The notes: generated by a model from the sequence alone, not told the origin. A stretch of 64,000 nucleotides of DNA from Eledone cirrhosa (GCA_964016885.1 OZ024753.1:16120001-16184000); one strand, 5' to 3'; positions 13,018-26,590 are shown, counted from the first letter of the stretch. Translations and numbers: made by a program.

Positions 13018-15011
13018 GTGTGTGCGTGCGCGCGTTTACATTTTTGTTTATGTCCTGGTACTTAGCAGTTTAAAAAGAAGAGATTGATAAAATAAGTATC
13101 AGACTTCAAAAATAAATAATTATTTTTACTGTAGGCATAAGGCCAAAATTTCGGAGAGAGGAAAGTTGATTAAATCAACCCCAGTGTATTACTGGTACTT
13201 TATTTTATCGACCTTGTAAAGATGAAAGGTAAAAAGTTAACCTCGTCGGGATTTGAACTCAGAATGCAAAGGGACGTAACTCTATGCCACGAAGCATGGC
13301 GGTCGACACTTTATTGATACTGCTAATGAAAATAAGCACAGGGGGTCAATGATGCCTTATATATGGGGACTGCAGAGGAGCTGTAATCAGCTCACAGGAA
13401 ACAAGCTATATCAAATGCTCAGAGGGCTCCGTAGAAGTAGTTGATAGCTTCTGTTACTTGTGTGGCCATAAGCATATTGTTCCTACCTTATTTCAAGGTG
13501 TAGATGTTCATAATGTTCCAAATTGGTAGAATCAGTAGCACGTCAGGCACGATGCTTAGCAGCATAGTTATGTCCCTTTACGCTCGGAGTTCAAATCTTG
13601 CCAAGGTTAGCTTTGGCTTTCATCTTTACGGGGTCAATAAAATAAAGTACCAGTCACACACTGGGGTTGATATAATCCACTTTCCCCTCCCCTAAAAAAT
13701 TGCTGGCCTTGGGCCTAAATCAGAAATCATTATTGTGCAGGGGATTGGCAGTATCTGTAGAGAGTCGGGGGCCATGCTTTGTAGCATAGAGTTACGGCCC
13801 TTTACGGTCTGATTTCAAATCCTGCTGAGGTTAACTTTGCCTTTCATCTTTACGGGGTCAATAAAATAAAGTACCAGCAATGCACTGGGGTTATTGCTGG
13901 TCTTGTGCCAATGTAAAAACAATTATTGTATTGTACATATTTTATATTTTGTGTAATTAAAATAAACGAGCAAAGTATACAATATTTTTTGAAAATATAT
14001 TGATTTTCCAATGAAGTCAAATTTTCTGACAATCTTCTGGGGGTGACTGACCCCGCTGCCGACCTCCCCCCCCCATATACTCCCAGCAATATGCCACCAT
14101 GGGTGACCAAATTAGCAGTGGAGGTGGGCGTTCCTAAAGCACAGTAACCAGAGTGAGAACAAGATGGAAAAAGGAGGTCAGATATAGGAGAATGAATGGA
14201 AGGAGTAAAGTGAAACCATTGACAATGGATCTATATGTGACAAGAATACATTGGAAGTGAGGCAATTTCTAAGCAGCTTCGGATCTTTCAAAGAGCTTCA
14301 TTAGCCATTGAATAAAATACATCAATTGACTCAACGATTAATTTTGTTTCAAAGAGAAATACTCTAGAGAGGATGTGAAACAAACAAAAATTAACAAAAG
14401 TGAGAAGAAAAAAAAGAAAAAATTTAAAAAATTTTGAATGGGTGAAAGAAATGGACAGGAAGTAAGTAATATTTATAATATCAAAATAAAATTAATAAAA
14501 TCTTAATGAACGATATCCCTTGTCCTAAACTAATTACAGTCTATTGAACATTAGTTCATTAGTAGAATATTAAATATGGTAACAGAGTATTTGAGGAGGC
14601 TGATGTTTTTATTTAAACTACATTACAGAGAACAATTGCTAAAATCCTTCTGGCATTGGCCAAAATACTTGGCAATATTTAACGACAACTTCCTACATTC
14701 TGAGTTCAAATCCCACAAAGGTCAAGGTCAACTTTGTATTTTTATCCTTCTGGGCTCAATAATGCAGAGTACTAGTTAAATACTGTGGTCAATATAAAAG
14801 TGTTTCCCTTCTTGTTTTGCTTCGTCACCCACATATTCTTGAGAGGGTCATTGGTGGCATAGTCTTCAAGCATGCCTTCCAGCTGGTCAGAAGCAAACAT
14901 CTCCAACTGATCTGGCTGGATCTCCAAGAGAGACCAAGTACTAGGGTTTATTTAGCTGATTTACCCTACTCCTACAAAAAGAATTTCTGACCTTGTTCCT
15001 AATTTAGAAAC

Positions 15012-16510
15012 ACTTATTTAGCCCCGGTCAAATCACCTTAAACAGATATATAACCCATGACATCTTATTTAACCCGGGTTAACACACCTTAAACACATAT
15101 GTAACCCAACTCATCTTATTTAGCCCAGGTCAACTCACCTTAAACACATATGTAACCCAACTCATCTTATTTAGCCCTGGTCAACTCACCTTAAACAGAT
15201 ATATAACCCATGGCATCTTATTTAGCCCAGGTCAACTCACCTTAAACACATATGTAACCCAACACATCTTATTTAGCCTAGGTTAACACACCTTAAACAC
15301 ATATGTAACCCAACACATCTTATTTAGCCCAGGTCAACTCACCTTAAACACATATGTAACCCAACATCTTTTTTAGCCCAGGTCAACACACCTTAAACAC
15401 ATATAAAACCCAACCCATCTTATTTAACCCAGGTTAATACACCCTGAACACATAACTCAACCCATCTTATTTAGCCCAGGTCAACTCACCTTAAACACAT
15501 ATGTAACCCAACACATCTTATTTAGCCTAGGTTAACACACCTTAAACACATATGTAACCCAACACATCTTATTTAGCCCAGGTTAACACACCTTAAACAC
15601 ATATGTAACCCAACATCTTATTTAGCCCAGGTCAACACACCTTAAACACATAAAACCCAACCCATCTTATTTAACCCAGGTTAATACACCCTGAACACAT
15701 AACTCAACCCATCTTATTTAGCCCAGGTCAACTCACCTTAAACACATATGTAACCCAACACATCTTATTTAGCCTAGGTTAACACACCTTAAACACATAT
15801 GTAACCCAACACATCTTATTTAGCCCAGGTTAACACACCTTAAACACATATGTAACCCAACATCTTATTTAGCCCAGGTCAACACACCTTAAACACATAA
15901 AACCCAACCCATCTTATTTAACCCAGGTTAATACACCCTGAACACATAACTTAACCCATCTTATTTAGCCCAGGTCAACTCACCTTAAACACATATGTAA
16001 CCCAACACATCTTATTTAGCCTAGGTTAACACACCTTAAACACATATGTAACCCAACACATCTTATTTAGCCCAGGTTAACACACCTTAAACACATATGT
16101 AACCCAACATCTTATTTAGCCCAGGTCAACACACCTTAAACACATATAAAACCCAACCCATCTTATTTAACCCAGGTTAATACACCCTGAACACATAACT
16201 CAACCCATCTTATTTAGCCCAGGCCAACTCACCTTCAACACATATATAACCCAACCCATCTTATTTAGCCCAGGTCAACACACCTTAAACACATATATAA
16301 CCCAACACATCTTATTTAGCCCAAGTCAACTCACCCTAAACACATATGTAACCTAACCCATCTTATTTAGCCCAGATCAATGCACCTTAAACACATGTAA
16401 CCCATTACATCTTATTTAGCCCAGGTCAACTCACCTTAAACACACATGTAACCCATTACATCTTATTTAGCCCAGGTCAACTCACCCTCAACACATATTT
16501 AACCCATTAA
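15012..16510. repeat. Minisatellite of about 51 bp with a 247-249-bp five-unit higher-order repeat
   Basis: Unit CATCTTATTTAGCCCAGGTCAACTCACCTTAAACACATATGTAACCCAACA. Variant TTAACCCAGGTTAATACACCCTG recurs at 15424, 15671, 15918 and 16167. Confidence 0.95.
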
Positions 16511-16726
16511 ATCACAACAATAATTATCACATTATTTTTTGGTTATTTTCTTTACTTTTAGAAAAAAATCTGTTGTGTTTGTTTTTATCTACACTTTTAC
16601 TGTTTTTCAGTCATTATATATATATATATATTGAGGTTGACTTTGCCTTTCATCCTTACGGGGTCGATAAAATAAAGTACCAGTAATGCACTGGATAATT
16701 GCTGGCCTTGTGCCTAAAGTAGAAAC

Positions 16727-16779
<53 letters not shown>

Positions 16780-16781
<2 letters not shown>

Positions 16782-17210
16782 CATTTAATGTACATTTTCC
16801 ATGCTAGCATGGGTTAGACAAGTTGTCCCATTAGAGGCAAGTTAGGTCAGGTGACCATGTCTTGCACATATAGGACTGTTTCTGGCTAGATTTCTATGGC
16901 TGGATACTCTTCCTAACCCCAACCACATTTACAGTATGTGCTGTGTGCTTTTTGTTGTGACACCTACACAACCACTTTACAGTGTTGACTGGGTGCTTTT
17001 TGCTGTGACACCTACATGACCACTTTACAGTGTGGGCTAGGTGCTATTTGTTGTGACACCTACACAACCACTTTACAGTGTTGACTGGGTGCTTTTTGCT
17101 GTGACACCTACATGACCACTTTACAGTGTGGGCTGGGTGCTTTTTGTTGTGACACCTACACAACCACTTTACAGTGTGGACTAGGTGCTTTTTGTCATGA
17201 CACCCACACA
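16780..17210 (-). mobile_element. RTE 3' UTR-derived fragment with an internal tandem repeat of about 48 bp
   Basis: TTCCATGCTAGCATGGGTTAGAC tail motif plus repeated ACCACTTTACAGTGTGGGCTGGGTGCTTTTTGTTGTGACACCTAC. Confidence 0.75.
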
Positions 17211-17514
17211 ATATTTATAGTTCAAGAAATGACTAGAAAACACAGAGATGCAAAAACACAAAGTCTTCATAGTATCACACTTATCAGAAAATATTTTGAT
17301 CTGATTTTACAGCTTTGTACTGTTGAAGATTGGAAAAGAAATACTTAACGCCTGCTACAAGTCATCATCCGGATTTCAAGATGTGTATATATATATATAT
17401 TATATATATCATCATCATCGTTTAATATATAATTCACTATATGTATATATATATATTATATATATCATCATCATCGTTTAATATATAATTCACTATATAT
17501 ATATATATATATAT

Positions 17515-17630
17515 AGTGAAGGAAGTGTGGTAAGGAACCAGGTGGACCATAACGCACCAGAGCACTCAATACTTAGGGTAGTAGAGTGGGTAATAGGAAA
17601 ATGTTCAAGACCCCGACGGCAGAGCTCAAG
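17515..17630 (+). mobile_element. Unclassified interspersed hairpin-bearing repeat, truncated copy
   Basis: Homologous to 32822-32957 (+) and 51940-52098 (-). Follows (TA)n. Confidence 0.7.
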
Positions 17631-17639
17631 AGAGAGAGA

Positions 17640-17967
17640 GAGACTTGTAAGTATTTGTCCGTCACACACTAGAGACTTGTATATTTGTCCGTCACACACT
17701 AGAGATGACTGAGGAAGGAAGGGGTGATAACATCGACTGAGGAGGGAGGGGGTGTCTATGACACACACACATCTATGTGATCACTGAGTAAGAGGGGTTA
17801 GAAATTATAGAAGTTCAGTGTTCTAAGATTCGTCACAGCTGTCTGTTTGTATGTTTGTATCACTTGTGTGAGTGAGCAAGAAGGGACCAACTAATAAACT
17901 TCTCTTTTTTATATTATGTATAGTTATTACAATTAGCCATCATTTTTGATGGCATGGGAGCAGCTAG
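17640..17967 (+). mobile_element. Non-autonomous Helitron 3' portion
   Basis: Hairpin GCCATCA-TTTT-TGATGGC (17936-17953), 10-nt spacer, CTAG (17964-17967), then T. This is the canonical Helitron 3' terminus. Confidence 0.75.
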
Positions 17968-18585
17968 TATATATATATATATATATATACATGTATATAT
18001 ATATATATATATGTAAATATGATAATAATGGAGCTGCGGCGTTGCAAATGGGATACATATGAAAAAGTGAGTCCTTCATCAGTGACCCTCCAACCGTCCT
18101 AGGCATTTCATCGCTTTAAGGGCCATATGTCTCAGGTTGGTGCGAACAACGGCTAAAAAAAGTCGTTGGGACACGTAAACAAAGGGGACGCCAGGGTAAC
18201 AACAAAAAAGTTTAAGCAACGGAAAGTCAGAAGAAATAGACAAGTCCCAGATCTCTATGAATATAAACTCGGTGAAATCGTGAACAAGAGACAAAAGACC
18301 ATCAAACCTGGTTGAAATGTGAGCAAGGAAAGAATTTCGCCCAAGTTTGACGGGGGGGGGGGGGGGGAAGAGAGATAGAAAGGAGAGAAGAGGAAGAAGA
18401 AGAAGAAGAAGAAGATAAAGGGGTCTGGTCTACGAATTCGGTAAACGTAAGTTTTGTGAAGTCGCAGACGAAAGAGAGAGAGAAAAAAATTCCATACCAG
18501 CTTGGTCAAGACCGCGCGAGAAAAGAATTACACACAGGTCAAACTTGAAGGAGGAGGAAAGAGATATATACATATATATATATAT

Positions 18586-18950
18586 CATCATCATCATCAA
18601 TTTACGTCCACTTTTCCCTGCTTGCAAGGGTGGGATGGGAACTGATTCTGGCTAGATTTCTACAGCTGGATGCCCTTCCTAACACCAACCTCATTTACAG
18701 TGAGTGCTGGGTGCTTTTTTGCTGTGGCACCTCCACGACCACTTTACAGTGTGGGCTGGGTGCTTTTTTGCCGTGGCACGTCCACGACCACTTTACAGTG
18801 TGGGCTGGGTGCTTTTTTGCCGTGGCACCTCCACGACAACTTTGCAGTGGAATGATAGGGACCCCAGTCCCTATCATCTCATTTCTACAGCTGAGTAAAC
18901 TGGAGCAAAGTGAAATAAACAATGCTCTAACCACTAAGCCATGTGCCTCT
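18586..18950 (-). mobile_element. CORE-SINE with RTE-derived tail, internally deleted head
   Basis: Same family as 4985-5311 and 48868-49261. Confidence 0.8.
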
Positions 18951-19581
18951 GATTAAAATATTTACTGATGAAAATATTTACTGATTTCTGATATAGGCAC
19001 ACAGGTACTTTTTTTATCGACTTCGAAAGGCACACAGGAGGAATAGCAAAGGGAGGAGGAGGGGAAGATTGGAAGATGAGGTGGTGGTGGTGGTGAAGGG
19101 GAGGAGGAAGAGTCACATAAATTTGTCGCATATACTCATGTTTATATATATATATATATATATATCATAAATCATGTCCTTAGAATTATTAGATAAAATA
19201 TATACCATTTCCTCTCCCAATTAGCATAATTAACCATATAACAAAATCAATTAGACCAGGCTATAAGAATAATGGCTCCTATGAAGAAATTTCCCACAAA
19301 TAACCGAAAGCGGCCTCTTTGCGGTGACCCCAATAGAGTATTTATCCAACATTTCAACAGCATGTAGAAACTGACTAAATATACCGTCAACCATACACAA
19401 TTAGGTGTAAATTCAAACTTAGAAGAAATGCGTGCATACCGTAATTATGTCTCTACCATGGTTTCATCCGTATTTTTAGACATCGAATAACAGGACTTAT
19501 CAGGAGTGAACTCGAAATTAGACATTTAACTTTCCAAAGTAATCGTGCCAAAAATAGATTCAAAAATGTCTAAGAATCGTG

Positions 19582-19624
<43 letters not shown>

Positions 19625-19730
19625 TGTCTAACTCTACACCTCGACACTGAAGTGAACCTAAACATCTAGTGCTCACCCGGGTGAACCTATAGTAACTCCA
19701 AGTTACACTCCCTGGATATATATATATATA

Positions 19731-21855
19731 TCATCATCATCATCGTTTGACGTCCATCTTCCATGGGTTTGGACAGGAATTTTCCCACTTGAGGCAAGAT
19801 TGGTTGTCTCGCTCGTATAGGATTGTCTGGCAGGTTTACTACGGCTGGATGCACTTCCTAACACCAACCACGTTTACAGTGTGGACTGGGAGGTTTTTAC
19901 CGTGTTACCTACACGGCCACATTACAGCGTGGACTGTGTGTTTTTTTATCATGACATCTACACGACCTCATTTATTTCGGACTGGATGTTGTGGTACCAA
20001 CATAACTTTACAGAGAAAGGGGTGGTGTGGATGGGGTGGGGGTAGTGGGACGGGGGCGTATTTTTGTTAAGAGGTGCCTACTGACTGTAGGTTTCGCTTT
20101 GTACTTAGGCAAGGCGGGTCTTCTGTATTACTGTGTAGCACCAAAGATCTCGGTCCAGTGACATTGTCTTGGAGAGGTGCAAGTGTGTGAGGTCGGAATT
20201 TATCAAGTCGTCCCAGGTTTTTCTGGGTCTGCCTACTCCGTGGCTACCGTCTATTTTTATCGCCCTGCACTTTTTTATACAGCTGTCGTCTTTCATGCGC
20301 ATCACGTGACCATACCAACGTAGTCTTCTCTCGAATAAACAACATCTGATTCCTCTTATTCCTAATTTCTCCCTTAGTTCATTTATGCTTTGCCGTTCAC
20401 GTATATTACTATTACACATCCAACGGAGCATGCAAGCTTCGTTCCTCTCCAGTCTGCGTATATCCTCTACACACAATGCCCAAGTCTCACTGCCATGTAA
20501 CATTGCTGTTTGTATGCAGGCATCATACAGCCTGCCTTTCATTTTTAGAGAGAACCCTTTAGCGGCCAATAGTGGTATAAGCTCTCTGAACTTTTTCCAT
20601 TCCATTCTGACTCTAGCTACTGTACTTTCAGAGTACCCTCCACCACTGCTGATTTTGTCACCCAGGTAACGGAAGGTGTCCACTATTTCTATAGAACCAT
20701 TGGTGCAATGGAATGAGCTAGTATTCTGTGGGCACTTGCTGCTACTTATTGCACCTGAGCACCGGCCACATATAAAATCTATATTCTTAGTTAGCTTACC
20801 TGTGATCCCACTACATCTTTTATGCACCCATACTTTGCATTTGGGACATAAAATGGAGTTTCTGCTTACTCCTTTCCTACACACTGAGCATGGCCATTTC
20901 CCAGATGGGACCAGTGCCCTATTTTCCTTCCTACAAACTAGAACTTTAGTCTTAGACAGGTTAATTTTAAGGCCTTTTGATTCTAGGCCATGCTTCCATG
21001 TTTGGAATTTCTTCTCTAGCTCAGCCATTGATTCAGCTATGAGCGTTAGATCATCTGCATATATGAGTTCCCATGGGCCGCCGGTCTTGAACTCCTCTGT
21101 TATAGCCTGAAGGGCAATAATAAATAGTAGTGGGCTAAGGATGGAGCCCTGATGAACACCAACTTTTACGCTAAACTCTTCACTATTATTCGTTGTTAAT
21201 TCTAACCTTGCTGACTGTTTCTTTATACATGACTTGTATAGCTCTCACAAGCCATTCATCTACACCTAGTTTTCTAAGAGCCCACCAGATAATGGAGCGG
21301 AGGACTCTGTCAAAGGCTTTCTCCAAGTCAACAAAAGCTAAGTATAGGGGTTTACTTTTAGCTAGGTACTTTTCCTGTAGTTGTCATACAATGAAAAGAG
21401 CAGCTGTTGTACTTTTACCTGACACAAACCCGAACTGCATTTCATCTAGATCAATTCTCTGTCTGATTGGTTGCATTATTACTTTTTCTGTAACCTTCAT
21501 GACCTGATCAATTAATTTAATGCCTCTATAGTTTCCCTTATCTAGGGCATCACCTTTACCCTTGTAGCAGTTAATGATGGTGCTGCTACGCCAGTCCTTC
21601 GGAACGACCCCATTCTGTATGACTTGGTTTACTATCCGGGTGACCATAGTGTCCCACTGTTCCAGATGCTTTCAGCATTTAAGCAAATATTTTCGAAGGC
21701 CCAGCCACCTTGCCTGTCTTCATATCTTTGATCGCCTTACTTATTATACTACCTTCAACTTACACTGCTGGTCCCTCTATTGGATTGATGTGGGGGAAGA
21801 CTGTCTTTCTCCCAATTATTCTCCTCACGTAGTGACACTTCCAAGCTACCTTCTT
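19731..21855 (-). mobile_element. RTE-clade LINE, 5'-truncated, PHD finger in the RT, (GAT)n tail
   Basis: ORFs 21384..21647 and 20105..21028 (NYRGIKL, QFGFVSGKST, FRYLG, RRLRWYGHVMR, GRPRKTW). YADD lies near 21050-21061. Flanked by (TA)n. Confidence 0.95.
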
Positions 21856-21871
21856 ATATATATATATATAT

Positions 21872-21915
<44 letters not shown>

Positions 21916-21932
21916 AATATATTTATTTTTTT

Positions 21933-22147
21933 AACGATCGACTTTCGTCAAATCGGACCGAGGAAACAATGTTTCCGTTGATCTTTCCAGTTGCTATTAC
22001 TATCTATCGGTCGCAACTCCAGGTAGAAGGAGTAACGTGAAATAAAGTGTCTTGCTCAAGGACATAATGCATCGCCCGGTCCAGGAATCGAACTCACAAC
22101 CCACGATTGTGAATCCAATTCTCTAACCACTCAGCCACATGCCTTCA

Positions 22148-22148
<1 letters not shown>
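21933..22148 (-). mobile_element. tRNA-derived CORE-SINE with a short structured tail
   Basis: Homologous to 59691-59903 (+). The tail also occurs alone at 5337-5427. Confidence 0.8.
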
Positions 22149-22185
<37 letters not shown>

Positions 22186-22556
22186 ATAAAGATCCCATAA
22201 CTCCTACGACGTGTCTAGGACACTTTTAAACCTGGTGGAGCCCAACCCTCTCCAGGTCTGAACACAGCCGATTTGTTTTCTATAGAGGAAGAATTGCCCC
22301 CAGTACTGGACTGGTACTTTTTTTATCGACCTCGAAAGATCTGAACTCAGAGCATGCAATGAGGTGGGACGACTACCATAAAAGACTCTATCCAACGTCT
22401 TAACGACTCTGCCAATTAGCTATCCTTATATATATATTTGACCAAACATAATTTAGCATGATAAAATCAATGATAACACATTTCTAACAAAGTCTGTGGC
22501 AGCCTAAAATAATGAATCAGATGTTTAACAATTCAACAACAGTTGGACGTGCGAAC

Positions 22557-22648
22557 ACCTATCTGAGGAGCTTCTGATTCCAGAGACAGGAACGAACATT
22601 ATTCAATCAGTCCTTGAGCTAATCGGCAGTGAAACATATGTAATACGT
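22557..22648 (+). ncRNA. Type I hammerhead with extended stem II (family B)
   Basis: ACCTAT-CTGAGGA-GCTTCTGATT..AATCGGCAGT-GAAA-CATAT-GTA-ATACGT. Palindromic ACATATGT stem III and one mismatch in stem I. Confidence 0.7.
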
Positions 22649-23005
22649 AATTAAATAGGTATATCATGCAACACTGATTCTTTGTTCCCTATTTATTATA
22701 TATGTGTGTGTGTGTGTGTGTGCATATATGAACGTGTATACATACTTGCATGCATAGGCACAAACATACATATAAACATATATATATATACAAACATACA
22801 TACATATATACCCACTCACAAATATATATATTCACACACACACATACATACAATCATACACACACACACATACATACATTCATACACACACACACACATA
22901 CATATATTCATACACACACATACATATATTCATACACACACACACATATTCATACACACACACACATATTCATACACACACACACATATTCATACACACA
23001 CACAC

Positions 23006-23060
<55 letters not shown>

Positions 23061-23219
23061 TATATACACACAGACACATTTGAGCACACGCCAACAATAA
23101 AAGCAAAAACGGTTATTCCCCATTAATTAGAACTCAATAGTTATCTCCCTTACAGATTACATTTAGTTTATGTTACAGTGTTGGTGTTGGTGTTTCGTAG
23201 TTAGAGGGCGGGGGGGGGT

Positions 23220-23542
23220 ATAATACTACCACCACTGCTACTTTTACTTCTAACACTACCACCACTACTACTACTAACTACTACCACTACTGCTAACACT
23301 ACCACCACCACTACCACCACTTAGCTATCTAGTAAATAAAACATCACTATCACCATTACCTAATACTACTACTACTACAGCTGTTAACACTACCACTATT
23401 GCTACTTCTACTATTACTACTACTACTACAGCTGTTAACACTACCATTATTGATACTACTACCATTACTACTACTGCTACCACTACCATTATTGCTACTA
23501 CTAGCATCACTACTGCTACTACTACCACTACCATTATTGCTA

Positions 23543-23573
<31 letters not shown>

Positions 23574-24048
23574 CATTATTGCTACTACCACTACTACTAC
23601 TACTACTACCACTACCATTATTGCTACTACCACTACTACTACTACTACTACCACTACCATTATTGCTACTAATACCATACCATTATTGCTAGGTTGACTT
23701 TGCCTTTCATCCTTACGGGGTCGATAAAATAAAGTACCAGTAATGCACTGGTGTGATTGCTGGCCTTGTGCCTAAAGTAGAAACAATTATTGCTACTACC
23801 ACTACTACTCCCACTACCATTATTGCTACTATCACTACTACTATTGCTACCAATACCACTACCACCATTGCTACAACCACTACTACTACTACCATTATTG
23901 CTACTACCACTATTACTACTACCACTACCATTATTGCTACTAATACCACTACCATTATTGCTACTACCACTATTACTACTACCACTACCATTATTGCTAC
24001 TAATACCACTACCATTATTGCTACTACTACTACCATTATTACTACAGC
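23220..24048. repeat. (ACT/ACC/ATT)n compound trinucleotide array interrupted by a SINE fragment
   Basis: Direct inspection. Confidence 0.9.
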
Positions 24049-24054
24049 TCCAGG

Positions 24055-25022
24055 TATAATTGTTTCTACTTTAAGCACAAGGCCAACAATTTGGAAGGAA
24101 GGGAAAGTTAATTAAATCAACCCCAGTACATTACTGCTACTTTATTTTATCAACCCCGTAAGGATGAAAGGCAAAGCTAACCGTGGCAGGATTTGAACTC
24201 AGAAAGTAAAGGACCATATATAAATGCTACAGTGTATTTTATCTGACGCTCTAACAAAGGGATGTAGCTACATGCCACAAAGCATGTTATCTAATGTTCT
24301 ACCAATTCTACTGCCAATCTATTGTTACAGTTATAATAATAGTTTCTACTTTTGGCACAAGGCCAGCAATTACCTCAGTACATTACTGGTACTTTATTTT
24401 ATCAACCCCGTAAGGATGAAAGGCAAAGCTAACCTCGGCGGGATTTGAACTCAGACCGTAAAGGGCCGTAACTCTATGCTGCAAAGTATAGTGTCTGATG
24501 CTCTATCGATATTGCCAATCCACTGCCCAGTTGTAATAATGGTTTCTACCATAAGCCGAGGAATATGTGACCCCAAAAAATCAATGCTTATATTAAAACT
24601 TCACCTCGGCGGGATTTGAACTCAGAATGTAAAAATCAGGAACAAATACTGCAAAACTTGTGCACAATGCTTTACCAATTCTGCTAACTCTCTGCTCTTA
24701 TTTATGGTAAATAATTGTTTCTACTTTTGGCACAAGGCCAGCAATTAAACCAGTGCATTACTGGTACTTTATTTTATTGACCCTGTAACGACGAAAGGCG
24801 AAGTTAACCTCGGCGAGATTTGAACTCAGACCGTAAAGGACCAGAACTATGTTGCAAAGCATAGCGTCTGACGCTCTACCGATCCTGACAATCCACCGCC
24901 CATATTTATGGTAAATAATTGTTTCTACTTTTGGCACAAGCCCAGCAGTTACCCCAGGACATTACTGGTACTTTATGTTATCGACCCCTTAAAGATGACA
25001 GGCAAAGTGAGCCTTGGTGGGA
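24055..25022 (-). mobile_element. Head-to-tail cluster of about five Meta-like SINE copies
   Basis: Repeated TTGTTTCTACTTT..CACAAGGCCA..GGATTTGAACTCAGA modules at about 24058, 24340, 24600 (partial), 24712 and 24917. Confidence 0.8.
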
Positions 25023-25858
25023 TCAGAGTCATGGAGAATGTCGGATAGAATGCTTTGTGGTATTTGTTTCAGCTCATTGAGTTCAAATCCCGCCCAGGTC
25101 AACTTTGCCCTTCATCCATTCAATATCGATTAAAAGAAAAGTACCAGTCAAGTACTAGGATCGATTCTTCCTTTATATCACTTTCTCACTCTCTCTCCTT
25201 CTCTGGAAGAAATCTGCTGTATTCGACCTGGAGGGGGGATGGGCTCTGCCAGGTTTCAAATGCCCTAGAAACATTGTATGTTAATACGGTGCCCTACAAC
25301 TCCCTCGGGGGTTTTAGGAAAAGAAATGCTATGATATTGATGACTCAGATTAATCATTTAACCACTCATAAAGTGATTTATATGAAACATTTTTAATCTA
25401 TTTTTAAAGCTATAGTTTCTTTGTTGTTAATGCCAACAGCAGACTTTGTTAGAAACCATTTGTTTTTCCATACAATTTCTTTACATCTACAAAGAAACCA
25501 GTCGTTATATTGTTCAAATGAAAGTATACAATAATTAAAATAGAATCTAGCTTTGATACTTCCTCATTGTAATTAATTCTTCTGTTGATTAATTCTTTTT
25601 ATATAATAACTAATTACTTAAGTACTGAGAAAAGTGTCATTGAAATTTATCAATAAAGGAACAGTTATGGGTGTGTATGGTTAAACAGTTTGTTTCAGCA
25701 CAATATGGCTTCGGATTCACTCACAATACATGGCATCTTGGGTAAACATCTATATCCTTTGGTTGATCAATGTCTTTGGAGTGGTATTTGGTAGACTAAA
25801 ACTCTGTAGCAACCTGTGATATATATATAAATTTTGGAAACTCTGCTTCGTAGAATTG

Positions 25859-25955
25859 AGACGTATCTGAGGACCTTGCGATTTCAGAGTCAGGTTCGAT
25901 CATTACATTGATCGTGCCTCGAGATGGTCGCCAGAGAAACGATTGTAATATGTCT
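25859..25955 (+). ncRNA. Type I hammerhead with extended stem II (family B)
   Basis: Stem I AGACGTAT/ATATGTCT (8 bp), CTGAGGA, 62-nt stem II with inner CGATCA-TTACAT-TGATCG hairpin, GAAA, AC-GATT-GT stem III, GUA cleavage triplet. Confidence 0.8.
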
Positions 25956-26080
25956 AATAAATTTTATTCATCACAACACTGATTCTCCGTTTCTTATGTG
26001 ATATCATACTCTGCTCTGTAAGAGCATCGAGTGCTCAAACGGCCTACTAATTATGGACGCTTTAAGCATCCAACACCAAT

Positions 26081-26129
<49 letters not shown>

Positions 26130-26131
<2 letters not shown>

Positions 26132-26521
26132 TCACCGTTTTACGTCAGTTCTTCCATGCTAGCATGTGTTAGACGGGTTGTCCTGTTGTGGGCAGTGTCC
26201 GGTCGACTGACCTTGTCTTGCTCATACAGGAACTGATTCTGGCTTGATTACAGCTGGATGCCCTTCCTAACACCAACCTCATTTACAGTGAAGCTGGGTG
26301 CTTTTGTTCCATGGCGCCTACACGTCCACTTTACAGTGAGTGCTGGGTGCTTTTTTGCCGTGGCACCTCCACGACCACTTTGCAGTGGAATGATAGGGAC
26401 CCCAGTCCCTATCATCTCATTTCTACAGCTGAGTAAACTGGAGCAATGTGAAATAAAGTGTCTTGCTCAAGGAAACAACATCACCCGGTCTGAGAATTGA
26501 ACTCACAACCTTTCGATTGCA
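26130..26521 (-). mobile_element. CORE-SINE with RTE-derived tail, head truncated
   Basis: Same family as 48868-49261. Confidence 0.8.
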
Positions 26522-26590
26522 TGCTACATATTTCAATGAGAACAGTGGCTATGTGATTTCACATAATCCATGTCGTGATCTCATCAGACA
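26522..26590 (-). ncRNA. Type I hammerhead with long stem II (related to family C)
   Basis: Minus strand TGT-CTGATGA-GATCACGACATGGATTATGTG-AAAT-CACATAGCCACTGTTCTCATT-GAAA-TAT-GTA-GCA. The 3' strand of stem I abuts the SINE. Confidence 0.6.

Noticed and set aside
18030-18140. Minus-strand CTGATGAAGGAC and CTGAGA..GAAA hammerhead-like words
   Set aside because: I could not build stem II, GAAA and NUH consistently. At best this is a heavily decayed remnant.
21935-21985. Possible type II hammerhead in a SINE tail (GAAA..TTGACGA)
   Set aside because: Stem I is implausible, the 3-8 pair is not Watson-Crick, and an alternative simple hairpin fits the 59845-59875 copy better.
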